This document shows, one piece after another, positions 27,542 to 36,484 of a stretch of DNA of 64,000 nt (position 1 is its first letter; the number at the start of each line of letters is the position of its first letter). The DNA is taken from NCBI GenBank assembly GCA_050998805.1, contig JBPCPV010000015.1, positions 145,423 to 209,422 on the forward strand, given 5' to 3'. A program made the position numbers and the translations under genes. This DNA is from Chloroflexia bacterium (lineage in GTDB: Bacteria; Chloroflexota; Chloroflexia; QHBQ01; JAICKM01). Under the pieces are notes generated by a model that was given only the letters and a program-made list of their open reading frames with translations, was not told where the DNA came from and ran no database searches.

Positions 27542-28636
27542 TTGGGCGCTGTAGAGGAGCTTGCCGGGGTGATACGCGAGAGGATCCGGGCTGCCGGCGA
27601 GCGGATCACTTTCGCCGAATACATGGACCTGGCACTCTACCACCCGACCTACGGCTACTATAGCGCCGGTAGGGTCGCGCTCGGCCGCGGCGGCGACTTC
27701 ACGACCTCGCCTGAGGTGGACCCGGCCTTTGGCGCGCTGCTCGCCGAGTTCGCGCGCCGGTGCGATGAGAAGTTGGGCCATCCCGCGCGCTTTCTGCTGG
27801 CCGAGCATGGCGGCGGCTCCGGGCGGCTGATGCGTGACATGCTCGACGCGCTCCGCGAGACCCAGCCTGCCCTCTACTCCCGCGCCGACGCCGTGTTGGT
27901 GGAGCGAAGCGAGGCACTGCGCTCCCGCCAGCAGGCGTTGCTCGCGGAGGCGGGCCACGACCGAGCACGCTGGGCCGACGCGGCTGTAGGCACCGGCCTA
28001 GTCCTCAGCAACGAGTTGCTTGATGCCTTCGCTGTCCACCGGCTGCTCGCCGAAGAGGACGGTCTGCGGGAGATATACGTTGAGGTGGACGCCGACGGAC
28101 GCTTCGTGGAGACCATCGGCCCGCCCTCCGACCCGGCTCTCGCGGCCTATTTCGAGGACGCGACGGTGACGCCTCCCGACCGGCCATGCGAGGTGAACCT
28201 GGCGGCCCCTGCCTGGCTGCGCTCGGTTGCCTCCGACCTGGAGCGGGGCTTCGTGCTGACGATAGACTACGGCGATAGCGCGGCCCGCCTCTACAGCGAT
28301 CTGCGGCCCGAAGGCACCCTCTTGTGTTATAGTAATGGGCGGGTGACGGACGACCCCTACGGCGCGCCCGGTACACAGGATATGACCGCGCATGTGGACT
28401 TCACGACGCTCGAGCGTGTAGGCCGCGCCGCAGGGCTGCAAACAGTCGTAGCCACACGCCAGATGGAGTTTTTGGTGGACCTCGGCATCGGCGAACGGAT
28501 CGCCGCCCTTAGCGCCACGCCGCCCGAGTCGCGCGAGGCAGCCCGCGAGATGCTCGCCCAGCGCGCCCACCTCTTCCGCCTGATCGACCCCGACGGCCTG
28601 GGCCGCTTCCATGTGCTTGTGATGCTGAAATGCTGA
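27542..28636 (+). CDS. MidA/NDUFAF7-family SAM-dependent methyltransferase (DUF185)
   Basis: ...ITFAEYMDLALYHPTYGYYSAGRVALGRGGDFTTSPEV...LLAEHGGGSGRLMRD... matches the MidA signature. Confidence 0.75.
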   Translation: MGAVEELAGVIRERIRAAGERITFAEYMDLALYHPTYGYYSAGRVALGRGGDFTTSPEVDPAFGALLAEFARRCDEKLGHPARFLLAEHGGGSGRLMRDMLDALRETQPALYSRADAVLVERSEALRSRQQALLAEAGHDRARWADAAVGTGLVLSNELLDAFAVHRLLAEEDGLREIYVEVDADGRFVETIGPPSDPALAAYFEDATVTPPDRPCEVNLAAPAWLRSVASDLERGFVLTIDYGDSAARLYSDLRPEGTLLCYSNGRVTDDPYGAPGTQDMTAHVDFTTLERVGRAAGLQTVVATRQMEFLVDLGIGERIAALSATPPESREAAREMLAQRAHLFRLIDPDGLGRFHVLVMLKC

Positions 28637-29484
28637 CTGCCACGACAAAACGAGGAAACTGGTGCGGTGCCTGCGGCGAGCGGCTGGCGGGGCGCGAGAT
28701 GGTGCGCCTGCGGCTTGGCGGAGATGAGCCGGAGGCTCGCTACTACTGTGCGAGCTGCGCCGACGGCCTGCTGAGGTGCGCGGGCTGCGGCTGCCGGCTC
28801 GCGGAGCTTCCCGGCAGCCTCTTCGCGCCCGCCGGCCAGACGCGGCGGCTCTACTGCGTGGCCTGCTGGGACCGGCCGCACTGCAACGCCTGCGGCCATC
28901 CGGTCGGCGAGGTCTCATACCGCCGCGCCGATGGTCGCGTCTTCTGCGAGTCGTGCCACGCCACCGCCGTCTACGACCCGACCGAGGCGGTGCGGCTCTA
29001 TGAGCGCGTGAAGGCGACGGCAGCCGGGGCGCTGGGGCTGACGCTGAACGTCGGCGCGGTGCTGCACATGGTGAACCGTGAGCAGATCACCGCGCTGCGG
29101 AACAGCACACCAGGCGCGGGGCCGATGCCGGACGGCGGGGAGGAAGGCGCGGACCTGGTCGGCCTGTTCGTCCACGGCTCGCGCTTGCGCTCGATCTATG
29201 TCGAGTACGGCCTGCCGCGCATCTTCTTCTGTGAGGTCTTAGCGCACGAATACGCCCACGCCTGGCAGGCCGAGAACGCCCCTCTGCTCTCCGACCCTGA
29301 GCTGCGGGAGGGCTTCGCAGAGTGGGTCGCGTACAAAGTGGTTGAGAGTTGGGGCTGCCGCCTGCGCCTGGAGCGCTTCCGTGGGCGGCAGGATGTTTAC
29401 GGCGCCGGCCTGCGCCGCCTCCTCACTTGGGAGGCGGCGGAGGGCGTGGACGGCCTACTGGATCGCATTCGGCGAGAACGTTAA
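28630..29484 (+). CDS. DA1-like zinc peptidase (HExxH) with N-terminal Cys-rich (LIM-like/zinc-ribbon) fingers
   Basis: N-terminal CGACGE...YYCASCADGLLRCAGCGC...LYCVACWDRPHCNACGH...FCESCH. C-terminal ...FFCEVLAHEYAHAWQ... (HEXXH followed by AW, as in DA1-like peptidases). Its ATG overlaps the MidA stop. Confidence 0.6.
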   Translation: MLTATTKRGNWCGACGERLAGREMVRLRLGGDEPEARYYCASCADGLLRCAGCGCRLAELPGSLFAPAGQTRRLYCVACWDRPHCNACGHPVGEVSYRRADGRVFCESCHATAVYDPTEAVRLYERVKATAAGALGLTLNVGAVLHMVNREQITALRNSTPGAGPMPDGGEEGADLVGLFVHGSRLRSIYVEYGLPRIFFCEVLAHEYAHAWQAENAPLLSDPELREGFAEWVAYKVVESWGCRLRLERFRGRQDVYGAGLRRLLTWEAAEGVDGLLDRIRRER

Positions 29485-29499
29485 ATCGAGGGGGTAAAT

Positions 29500-30879
29500 A
29501 TGGCGAACGAAGTTTCCCTGCAATGCCGGCTGAACCTGAGCGCGGTGCCTGCGTCGAGCGAGCCGCGCCTCGTCTACCTAATGATAGACATCCGCCCCGG
29601 CGAGGGGCTGGGCACACGCTCCGCACCGGTGAACCTCGGCATCGTGCTCGACATCAGCGAGTCGATGCGCCTGCCGGTGCTGAGTCAGGCGCAGTTTCAG
29701 GAGTTGGCCCGTCTCGGCCATGTGCGCGAGATAATCGCCGACGGCATCCCTGTCTGGACCTTCCCGCATATCCCCCTCGAGATCAGGCGGGCCGCGCCCT
29801 CGAACCTCGACGCGGTGAAGCAAGCCCTCCACGAGGCGGTGACACATCTGGAACCCCAGGACCGATTTTCCCTAGTCGCCTTCGCGGGTCGGGCCGAGGT
29901 CTTGCTGCACTCCCTCACCGGCAGCGAGCGCGACCGCATACCCGAAGCCGTGGAGCGGCTCGACGCCGTGCGCCTTGGCGACGACACCGACATGCAGACC
30001 GGGCTATATGCCGGCCTCAGCGAGCTACGGAGCGGCGAGGTCGGCGGCATGATCAGTCGGATGGTCGTGCTCACCGACGGCTTCACCCGCAACCCCGAGG
30101 CGGTGGCCGCCTTCGCAAAACAGGCACAGCGGGCCGGCGTCGCGGTCAGCACCGTGGGCGTCGGCACCGATTTCAATGAGCAGCTGCTGGTCACCATGTC
30201 GGACGAGAGCCAGGGCAACGCATATCTGGCGCGCGAGCCGCGCGAGATCCCTCCGGCCTTCGCCAAAGAGCTAGAGGCTGTGCAGTCCATCACCGTGCGC
30301 CACATTGTCGCCAGTGTGCGACTGAGCGCCGGAGTCGAGCTACGCCGCGCCCACCGCATCCGCCCCGCGATCAGCACCCTCCGCGACGTGCCCATCCAGG
30401 ACCGCACCGTGGTCTTCGACCTCGGCGACCTGGAGACCGACAGGCCGCCCGCGCTCCTCCTCGAGCTGATCGTGCCCCCACGCAGCCCCGGCATGTTCCG
30501 CATCGCCGGCGTCACACTCGCCTATGACGTGCCTGGTGCCCCCGATACCACGGGCGCGCAGTCCCGCTGCGATGCCCTCCTCGACTACAGCACTGCCGGT
30601 ATGGGCGCGTTCGACCCCCAGGTTATGAACACGGTGGAAAAGGTCAGCGCGTTCAGCCTCCAGACCCGCGCGCTCGACGACGCCGCCCTCGGCAACGTCC
30701 AGGGCGCGACCACCAAGCTCCGCTCTGCGGCGACCCGCCTTCTCGCCCTCGGCGAACCCGACCTGGCGAACGCCGCCGAGCAGGAGGCCCAGAAGCTGGA
30801 GCAAGGCGGCCAACTCTCCGCCGAAGGCGCGAAGAAGCTCCGCTATGAGACCCGCCGCCTCACCCAGCGCCTAGAGTAA
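29500..30879 (+). CDS. von Willebrand factor type A (VWA) domain protein
   Basis: ...VNLGIVLDISESMRL... (MIDAS DxSxS) ...LVAFAGRAEVL...MVVLTDGF.... The C-terminal ~200 aa are uncharacterised. RBS GAGGGGG upstream. Confidence 0.8.
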   Translation: MANEVSLQCRLNLSAVPASSEPRLVYLMIDIRPGEGLGTRSAPVNLGIVLDISESMRLPVLSQAQFQELARLGHVREIIADGIPVWTFPHIPLEIRRAAPSNLDAVKQALHEAVTHLEPQDRFSLVAFAGRAEVLLHSLTGSERDRIPEAVERLDAVRLGDDTDMQTGLYAGLSELRSGEVGGMISRMVVLTDGFTRNPEAVAAFAKQAQRAGVAVSTVGVGTDFNEQLLVTMSDESQGNAYLAREPREIPPAFAKELEAVQSITVRHIVASVRLSAGVELRRAHRIRPAISTLRDVPIQDRTVVFDLGDLETDRPPALLLELIVPPRSPGMFRIAGVTLAYDVPGAPDTTGAQSRCDALLDYSTAGMGAFDPQVMNTVEKVSAFSLQTRALDDAALGNVQGATTKLRSAATRLLALGEPDLANAAEQEAQKLEQGGQLSAEGAKKLRYETRRLTQRLE

Positions 30880-30890
30880 AGGAGAAACCG

Positions 30891-32462
30891 ATGACAGACG
30901 ACATGCTCAACAGCGTGATACATGCGCCCGACTTCCCGCCCGGCCTCGACTGGCTGAACACGCCCGACCACAGGCCGCTCACCCTCGGCGACCTCAAGGG
31001 CAAGCTGGTGCTGCTCGACTTCTGGACCTATGGCTGAATCAACTGCATCCACATCCTGCCGCAGTTGCGGCGGCTCGAAGAAAAGTACCCCGACCGGCTC
31101 GCGGTCGTCGGCGTCCACGCCGGCAAGTACACCGCCGAGCGGTCCACGTCCAACATCCGCGATGCCGTGCTGCGGCTCGGGATCGACCACCCTGTCGTTA
31201 ACGACCGCCAGTTTCGCATCTGGAAGGCTTACGCGGTGAGCGCCTGGCCGACGGTCGTGATAGTGGGGCCAAACGGCTACTACCTCGGCACGAACCCCGG
31301 CGAGATCACATTCGAGGATTTCGACCCGGTCATCGCCTCTGCGCTCGCCCACTTTGAGCAGGCCGGGATGATCAGCGCTGCCCCCCTGCCGCTCCACCCG
31401 GAGCACTTGGACGAGCCTGAACGCCCGCTCCGCTACCCCGGTAAGGTGCTGGCTGTGGCCGGAAGCGACGGCACGCCTGACCGCCTCTTCATCGCCGACA
31501 GCGACCACGCCCGCGTGCTCGGGGCGCGCCTCTCGGTGGACGGTCGCGCCGCCGAAGTCGAGTGGGTCGCCGGCTCCGGCGCTCCGGGCGCAGACGACGG
31601 GCCGTTCGAGCAGGCCGGCTTCAACCGCCCCCAGGGGATGTCGCTCGTCGCGGACACTCTCTACATCGCCGACAGCGAAAACCATACCCTGCGCGCGCTA
31701 GACACCGGCAAACGGACCGTGCGGACTATCGCGGGCACAGGGCAGATCGGCAGGTTCGGCGCGGCGGGCGGCGCGGCCCTGAGCACCCCGCTCAACTCAC
31801 CGTGGGATCTCGCCTGGACCGGCAACCGGCTCTACATCGCCATGGCCGGCTACCACCAGCTCTGGGTCTACGACCCCGCCGGGACCGTCGCGCCCTTCGC
31901 CGGCACCGGCCGCGAGGAGCTGGCCGATGGCCGGCTCTGGTCGCCGAGCGTCCTCAAGGCGCGCGTCCTGGACGACCTGCGGGGCTACGCGAGCCTCGCC
32001 CAGCCCACCGGCATCGTCGCCGACGGCGAGCGGCTCTACTTCACCTGTAGCGAAGCCCAGGCTGTGCGCTCTGTCAGCACGGGTGGCGAGAACAATGTAA
32101 GCACGTTCGTCGGCACCGGGCTGTTCGACTTCGGTGACAAAGACGGGCGTGGCGATGCCGTGCGCCTGCAACACCCCTTCGGCCTCGCTTTTCACGAGGG
32201 GCGGCTGCTCGTGGCCGACACCTACAACAGCAAGATCAAGCGGCTCGACCCGGCGACGCGGGAGGCGGCATCCTGGCTCGGCAACGGCGAGCGCGGCCTG
32301 GTGGACGGCCCCGGCGCTGATGCGCGCTTCAACGAGCCGGAGGGCCTGAGTGTGGCCGGAAATCGGCTCTATATCGCCGACACGAACAACCACGCGATCC
32401 GCGTCGTGGACCTCACAGACCCGGCCGGCAACGTCTCTACCCTCGAGCTGCGTGGCCTCTAG
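30891..32462 (+). CDS. Thioredoxin-like domain + NHL-repeat protein with an in-frame TGA (31035-31037) at the first Cys position of the CxxC motif; candidate selenoprotein, or else a pseudogene
   Basis: Strong SD (AAAGGAGAAACCG) then ATG at 30891. It encodes MTDDMLNSVIHAPDFPPGLDWLNTPDHRPLTLGDLKGKLVLLDFWTYG-TGA-INCIHILPQLRRLEEKYPDRLAVVGVHAGK..., continuing in the same frame into the track ORF 31065-32462 (NHL repeats). Reading TGA as U restores the redoxin motif WTYGUINC. Confidence 0.5.
31056..31073 (+). promoter_or_regulatory. Stem-loop 18 nt downstream of the in-frame UGA (possible bacterial SECIS-like element)
   Basis: ctgccgca-gt-tgcggcgg: 8 bp stem including one G-U pair, with G and U in the apical loop. 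Confidence 0.25.
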
Positions 32463-32481
32463 CCTCCGGCGTCCCGATTGG

Positions 32482-34638
32482 GTGCTTGCGGCCATCTTGC
32501 TCGCGGCGCTGCTGCTGCGGCTGCTCTACCCGCAGGCCGTCGGCCTGCCGGAGCGGACGCCGATGCACGGCTTCGTGATAGACGAGCAGGAGTACTACGG
32601 CGCGGCCTCCGTGCTCGCCGACGGGCGCGGCCTCCACTTCTACGACACCTTCACCTGGACCCGTACCCCCGCATACGTCCTGCTGGTCGGCTCGCTCTTT
32701 GTCCTGCTCGGTCGGGACACCGGCCCGGTGTTCATATTGCAGGCGCTGCTCTCGACGCTCACCCTCTGGGGCCTGGCGGCGTTGGCCGGGCGAGAGGCCG
32801 CCCGCGCCCCCGCGCTCGGCCTCTCGCCGCGCTCTGCCATGCGCTGGGCAGCTCTGACAGGCGCGGTCTGGCTCCCCTTCACTCTCTTCTCCAACCTCCT
32901 CGTGAGCGAAACACTCTTCCTGCTGCTGATCGTCGGCGCGTTCCTGCTGCTGGAGAGATGGGCCGACTCAACCCACCCGTCCCTCCTCCTCGCCGCCGGT
33001 ATCCTCCTCGGCCTAGCCGCGCTCACCCGCTCGACGACGCTCGCGTTCTTGCCGCTCGCGGCCGGCTGGGCGGGCTGGGTCGCGTGGCGGGCGGGTGCGG
33101 TGCGGCGCTGGGCCGTCGCTCCGGTCGCTCTGCTGGTTGCCGCAGGACTGACTTTGCTGCCTGCCGTAGTCGCGAACTATGCCGACTACGGTCGGCTGAT
33201 CATCGGCGACACGACCGGTGGCTACAACCTCTGGCTTGCGGCTAACGGCGTCCGCGACGCCGAGCGTCTGTCGGCAGACCTCGCCGCCATCCCCAACCCC
33301 GCCGACAAGCAGAGCTACGCCTACAGCCAGGCGTTCGAGGAGATCGCCGCCCGCCCCGCCGACTTCGTGGGCAAGGGCCTGAAGGAGTCGCTCGACCTCT
33401 GGAAGATCAACTTCAGCTCTGAGGAGCGGCAGGTGCGCGGCTTCGCTGAGGGCCGCGTGCCCGCCCTCCACCTCTGGAGCCTCTTCGTCGGAGAGGATCT
33501 GCTTTACGTGATCATCGTGCCGCTCGCCCTGCTCGGCCTCGCAGCCGCGCCACCCCACCCGATCAAACTCCTGCTCGCCCTCTGGGCACTGACATGGGTC
33601 GTGATGGCCTTCGTCTTCTTCGCGGTCACCCGCTTCCGCTTCCCCGTAGTCTCTCTACTGCTCCCCTGGGTGCCCCTCGGCCTTGCCACCCTCCTCCGCC
33701 TCTCCTCGCGCCTCTCCGCACCCGTACCGCCGGCGTCCCGCCGTCCCCCGGCACCCGTCAAAACTCAAAACTCGCCCCTGGTGCTCGCCGCGCTCTTCCT
33801 GCTCGCCGTCGCCCCCGACCTGCCGAACGACCTCTCGGTGACCCTGCTCGGCGCGCAGAAGTGGGAGGCGCAAGCGCCCTACCGCGATGCCGCGCAAAAC
33901 CCCGACGCGGTCGAGGCCCTTACTCTGCTGGCGAAGGCCGACCAGTCGGTGCCGGACACCCTTTTCGCCCGCGACGCCGCCGAGATCCGGACAGCTCAGG
34001 ACGATGCCGGCCTGCTGGCGGTGGAGGCGCGCCCCGAGGTTTCGCTTGCCCGCGGCAGCCCACTGGCCGAACGCTTTGAGCCGTTCCTCCTCAGCGGGGA
34101 GATCGCCCGTCGCCTCGGGCAAGAAAGCGCCTCCCGCACCGTCTTCGGCTCGCGCCAGATACACGACGCCGACGCCGAGGCCGTGGACTGGGCCTGGCAG
34201 TTCTTGCACCCCGACCCCCAAGCGCGGCTCGATGTCGGAGGCGACCTCGATTTCGGCGCGTTGCGCGGCTTCCACAAGAGCGAAGCTGTCGGGCAAGGGT
34301 CGGGCCGGGTAACATACCGCTGGAGTGGGCCGGAGAGCACGATGCGGATACAAAGCCCTAGCGAGACTCACGCGCTTGTCATCCGCTGGAGCGGCGCTCG
34401 CCCGCCCGGCGTCCCGCCAGCTGTTGTGACCGCGCGCGTTACTTACGATGCCGGTCTGCACTACGAGCACAGCTTCACCCTGCCTACCACCGACACCTGG
34501 CGGGAAGACACGATCTGGAACTTCACGCTGAAAGGCGGTGCCGGGGCGGCCTTGCACATCACCACGAACACCTTCGTGCCCGGCGGCTTCGACCCCCGCG
34601 TGCTCGGTGTGCGCGTGGATTGGGTGGAGTTGCGTTGA
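32482..34638 (+). CDS. GT-C fold membrane glycosyltransferase, PMT_2/ArnT-like (GT39/GT83-like) with a C-terminal soluble domain
   Basis: First TM LAAILLAALLLRLLYP followed by the ...VIDEQEYYGAASVL... DE-motif loop. ~13 TM helices, then a ~300 aa extracytoplasmic C-terminal region. Start placed at the first in-frame GTG after the upstream stop. The track ORF starts at 32350, inside the previous gene. Confidence 0.55.
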   Translation: MLAAILLAALLLRLLYPQAVGLPERTPMHGFVIDEQEYYGAASVLADGRGLHFYDTFTWTRTPAYVLLVGSLFVLLGRDTGPVFILQALLSTLTLWGLAALAGREAARAPALGLSPRSAMRWAALTGAVWLPFTLFSNLLVSETLFLLLIVGAFLLLERWADSTHPSLLLAAGILLGLAALTRSTTLAFLPLAAGWAGWVAWRAGAVRRWAVAPVALLVAAGLTLLPAVVANYADYGRLIIGDTTGGYNLWLAANGVRDAERLSADLAAIPNPADKQSYAYSQAFEEIAARPADFVGKGLKESLDLWKINFSSEERQVRGFAEGRVPALHLWSLFVGEDLLYVIIVPLALLGLAAAPPHPIKLLLALWALTWVVMAFVFFAVTRFRFPVVSLLLPWVPLGLATLLRLSSRLSAPVPPASRRPPAPVKTQNSPLVLAALFLLAVAPDLPNDLSVTLLGAQKWEAQAPYRDAAQNPDAVEALTLLAKADQSVPDTLFARDAAEIRTAQDDAGLLAVEARPEVSLARGSPLAERFEPFLLSGEIARRLGQESASRTVFGSRQIHDADAEAVDWAWQFLHPDPQARLDVGGDLDFGALRGFHKSEAVGQGSGRVTYRWSGPESTMRIQSPSETHALVIRWSGARPPGVPPAVVTARVTYDAGLHYEHSFTLPTTDTWREDTIWNFTLKGGAGAALHITTNTFVPGGFDPRVLGVRVDWVELR

Positions 34639-36221
34639 CGCACGCTGACCCTGCGCCCCGCCGCACGTTCCTGCCCGCGCGGGGCGATTGGGCCGGTTGG
34701 CTGCTGCTCGGCGCACTCGCGTTGCTCGCCGCCCTGCTGCTGCTCAAGCTGCTCGACACGGCGACGATCATGCGCGCGCTCTTCAACTGGCCCTTCCAGC
34801 ACGACGAGTCGGAGAGCATGATCGTCTCCGAAACCCTCCTCCTCGACCACGGCACGAACATCTATGCCAATCTGACCCCACAGCAGTTCATCGCCGCGCC
34901 TTATCCGCCGTTATATTACCTGCTCAACTGGCCCTTCATCCACCTCCTCGGCCCCACGTTCAAGGCCGGGCGGGCGATCACTATAGCAGCGACCTCCGGT
35001 GCCGGACTGTTGATCTACGCGCTCGGCCTCCGCCTCATGCGCGACCCCCTGGCGGCGCTGCTTGCCGCGCTGACCTGGGCCGCGCTCGATATGGTCGCGT
35101 TCTGGGGGTCGCTCGTCAAGCCCGACATGCTCTCTGTCACCTTCGGGCTGGCCGGCCTGCTCTGGGTGATACGCGCCGCCGAGGCGCGCTGGCCGCTCTG
35201 GGGCGCGCTGCCATTCTTCTGGGCCGCCTTCTACAGCAAGCAGACGGCGATTGCCGCCGGGGTCGCCGCCTGTGCGTGGCTCCTGCTCCGTAACCGGCGC
35301 ACCGGCGTCGCCTTCGCCGCCGCCTACGCCGCAGGCGCGGCCGTCGGCTACCTCCTGCTCGATTGGCTGACGGCAGGCGGCTACTTCTACCATGAGTTTA
35401 CCCTCCACGACCTCCCCTGGGACTCCGACCGCTTCCTGCTGCGCCTCACCGACTGGTTTTCGACCTACTGGCCCCTATTGCTCCCCGGCGTGGTTGGCAT
35501 CGCGGTGTCTCTCATCTCGCGCCGTCCCTCACCCCCACCCCCAACTGTCATTCCGAGCGCATCCACGGTCATTCTGAGCGCAGCGAAGAATCTCGGCTCC
35601 GCACCTACTGTCATTCTGATCGCCGCCTACCTCGCTATGGGCATCGTCGTCTCGAGCGGCGCGGGCACGCTCGGCGGCAACCACAATCACCTGCTCGACC
35701 TGACTGCCGCCTGCTGCATCGGGGTCGCGCCTGCCGTCGCCTTGCTCCGGCGCGCGGGTCGGCCTGCGGCGAGGTTGCTGGGGGCCGTAGCGGTGCTGGC
35801 GGTCTGCACCCAGGTGCCGGAGCTTTACCGCATCCCTCACTGGCTCGGCCACGATCTCCGGCTACCGACCGCGCTGCGCGCCGAGGGGATGGCGAACGTC
35901 GCGCAGTACACCAGCAACACGCCCGGTGCCGTCTACTCGACCGACCTCAGCCTACTGCTGGCGACAGGCAAGTGGCTGCCCCACCTCTGGACGACCGACC
36001 CCTACACCCAGACCCACGCGGCAGGTTACCGCCGCTGGGACGAGTCCGCGCTGCTCCAGGCGGTGCGCGAACGCCGCTTCGCTCTCGTTGTCGTCCCCTA
36101 CTCGCTCGAAGACCCTGCGCTCGACGCCACCGGCGACCTCTCGCCAAACATGGTTAAGGCGCTACAGGAGTCCTACCGGCTCGACCAGCGGAATGTGCTC
36201 TATATCTACAAGCCGAAGTGA
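34620..36221 (+). CDS. Second GT-C-like polytopic membrane protein (putative glycosyltransferase) carrying an in-frame copy of the dispersed repeat element
   Basis: TTG start overlapping the previous gene's end. ...NWPFQHDESESMIVSETLLLDHG... (DE-type loop motif) and multiple TM helices. Residues ...PTVIPSASTVILSAAKNLGSAPTVILIAAY... are encoded by 35544-35623, which is the repeat actgtcattc(c/t)gagcgcagcgaagaatc plus flanking half-copies. Confidence 0.5.
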   Translation: MGGVALTHADPAPRRTFLPARGDWAGWLLLGALALLAALLLLKLLDTATIMRALFNWPFQHDESESMIVSETLLLDHGTNIYANLTPQQFIAAPYPPLYYLLNWPFIHLLGPTFKAGRAITIAATSGAGLLIYALGLRLMRDPLAALLAALTWAALDMVAFWGSLVKPDMLSVTFGLAGLLWVIRAAEARWPLWGALPFFWAAFYSKQTAIAAGVAACAWLLLRNRRTGVAFAAAYAAGAAVGYLLLDWLTAGGYFYHEFTLHDLPWDSDRFLLRLTDWFSTYWPLLLPGVVGIAVSLISRRPSPPPPTVIPSASTVILSAAKNLGSAPTVILIAAYLAMGIVVSSGAGTLGGNHNHLLDLTAACCIGVAPAVALLRRAGRPAARLLGAVAVLAVCTQVPELYRIPHWLGHDLRLPTALRAEGMANVAQYTSNTPGAVYSTDLSLLLATGKWLPHLWTTDPYTQTHAAGYRRWDESALLQAVRERRFALVVVPYSLEDPALDATGDLSPNMVKALQESYRLDQRNVLYIYKPK

Positions 36222-36484
36222 GAGGCGTCAGCTGCCGAAGCCGCGCCAATAACGGGGCCTCGGGCACTCTCCGTTGCTTAAGTCCCCACGGCTATCGGCC
36301 CCCCACTTGAAAGCGACTAAATCCAGCAGGCCGAGCGCCAGTACCGCCATCACGAGTTCCATTCTGCTACCTTGCCTTTCTGCCAATAACCGGTTATAAT
36401 AACTATTGGTGGTTACATTATACACCAAGACTTCTAACTTGTCAAGGGGCTTTTGGCGGTTATACGCGTTATGGAGGATAAGAA

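Noticed and set aside
31065-32462. TTG-initiated 465-aa ORF as the complete gene (track ORF)
   Set aside because: It would start in the middle of a thioredoxin-like domain. A strong SD plus ATG at 30891 opens the same frame, which is interrupted only by the single TGA. Kept as the fallback interpretation if the TGA is a true stop.
32350-32481. N-terminal 44 codons of the track ORF 32350-34638
   Set aside because: This stretch overlaps the end of the upstream NHL gene in another frame and encodes no TM helix. The first in-frame start after the upstream stop (GTG 32482) immediately precedes TM1.
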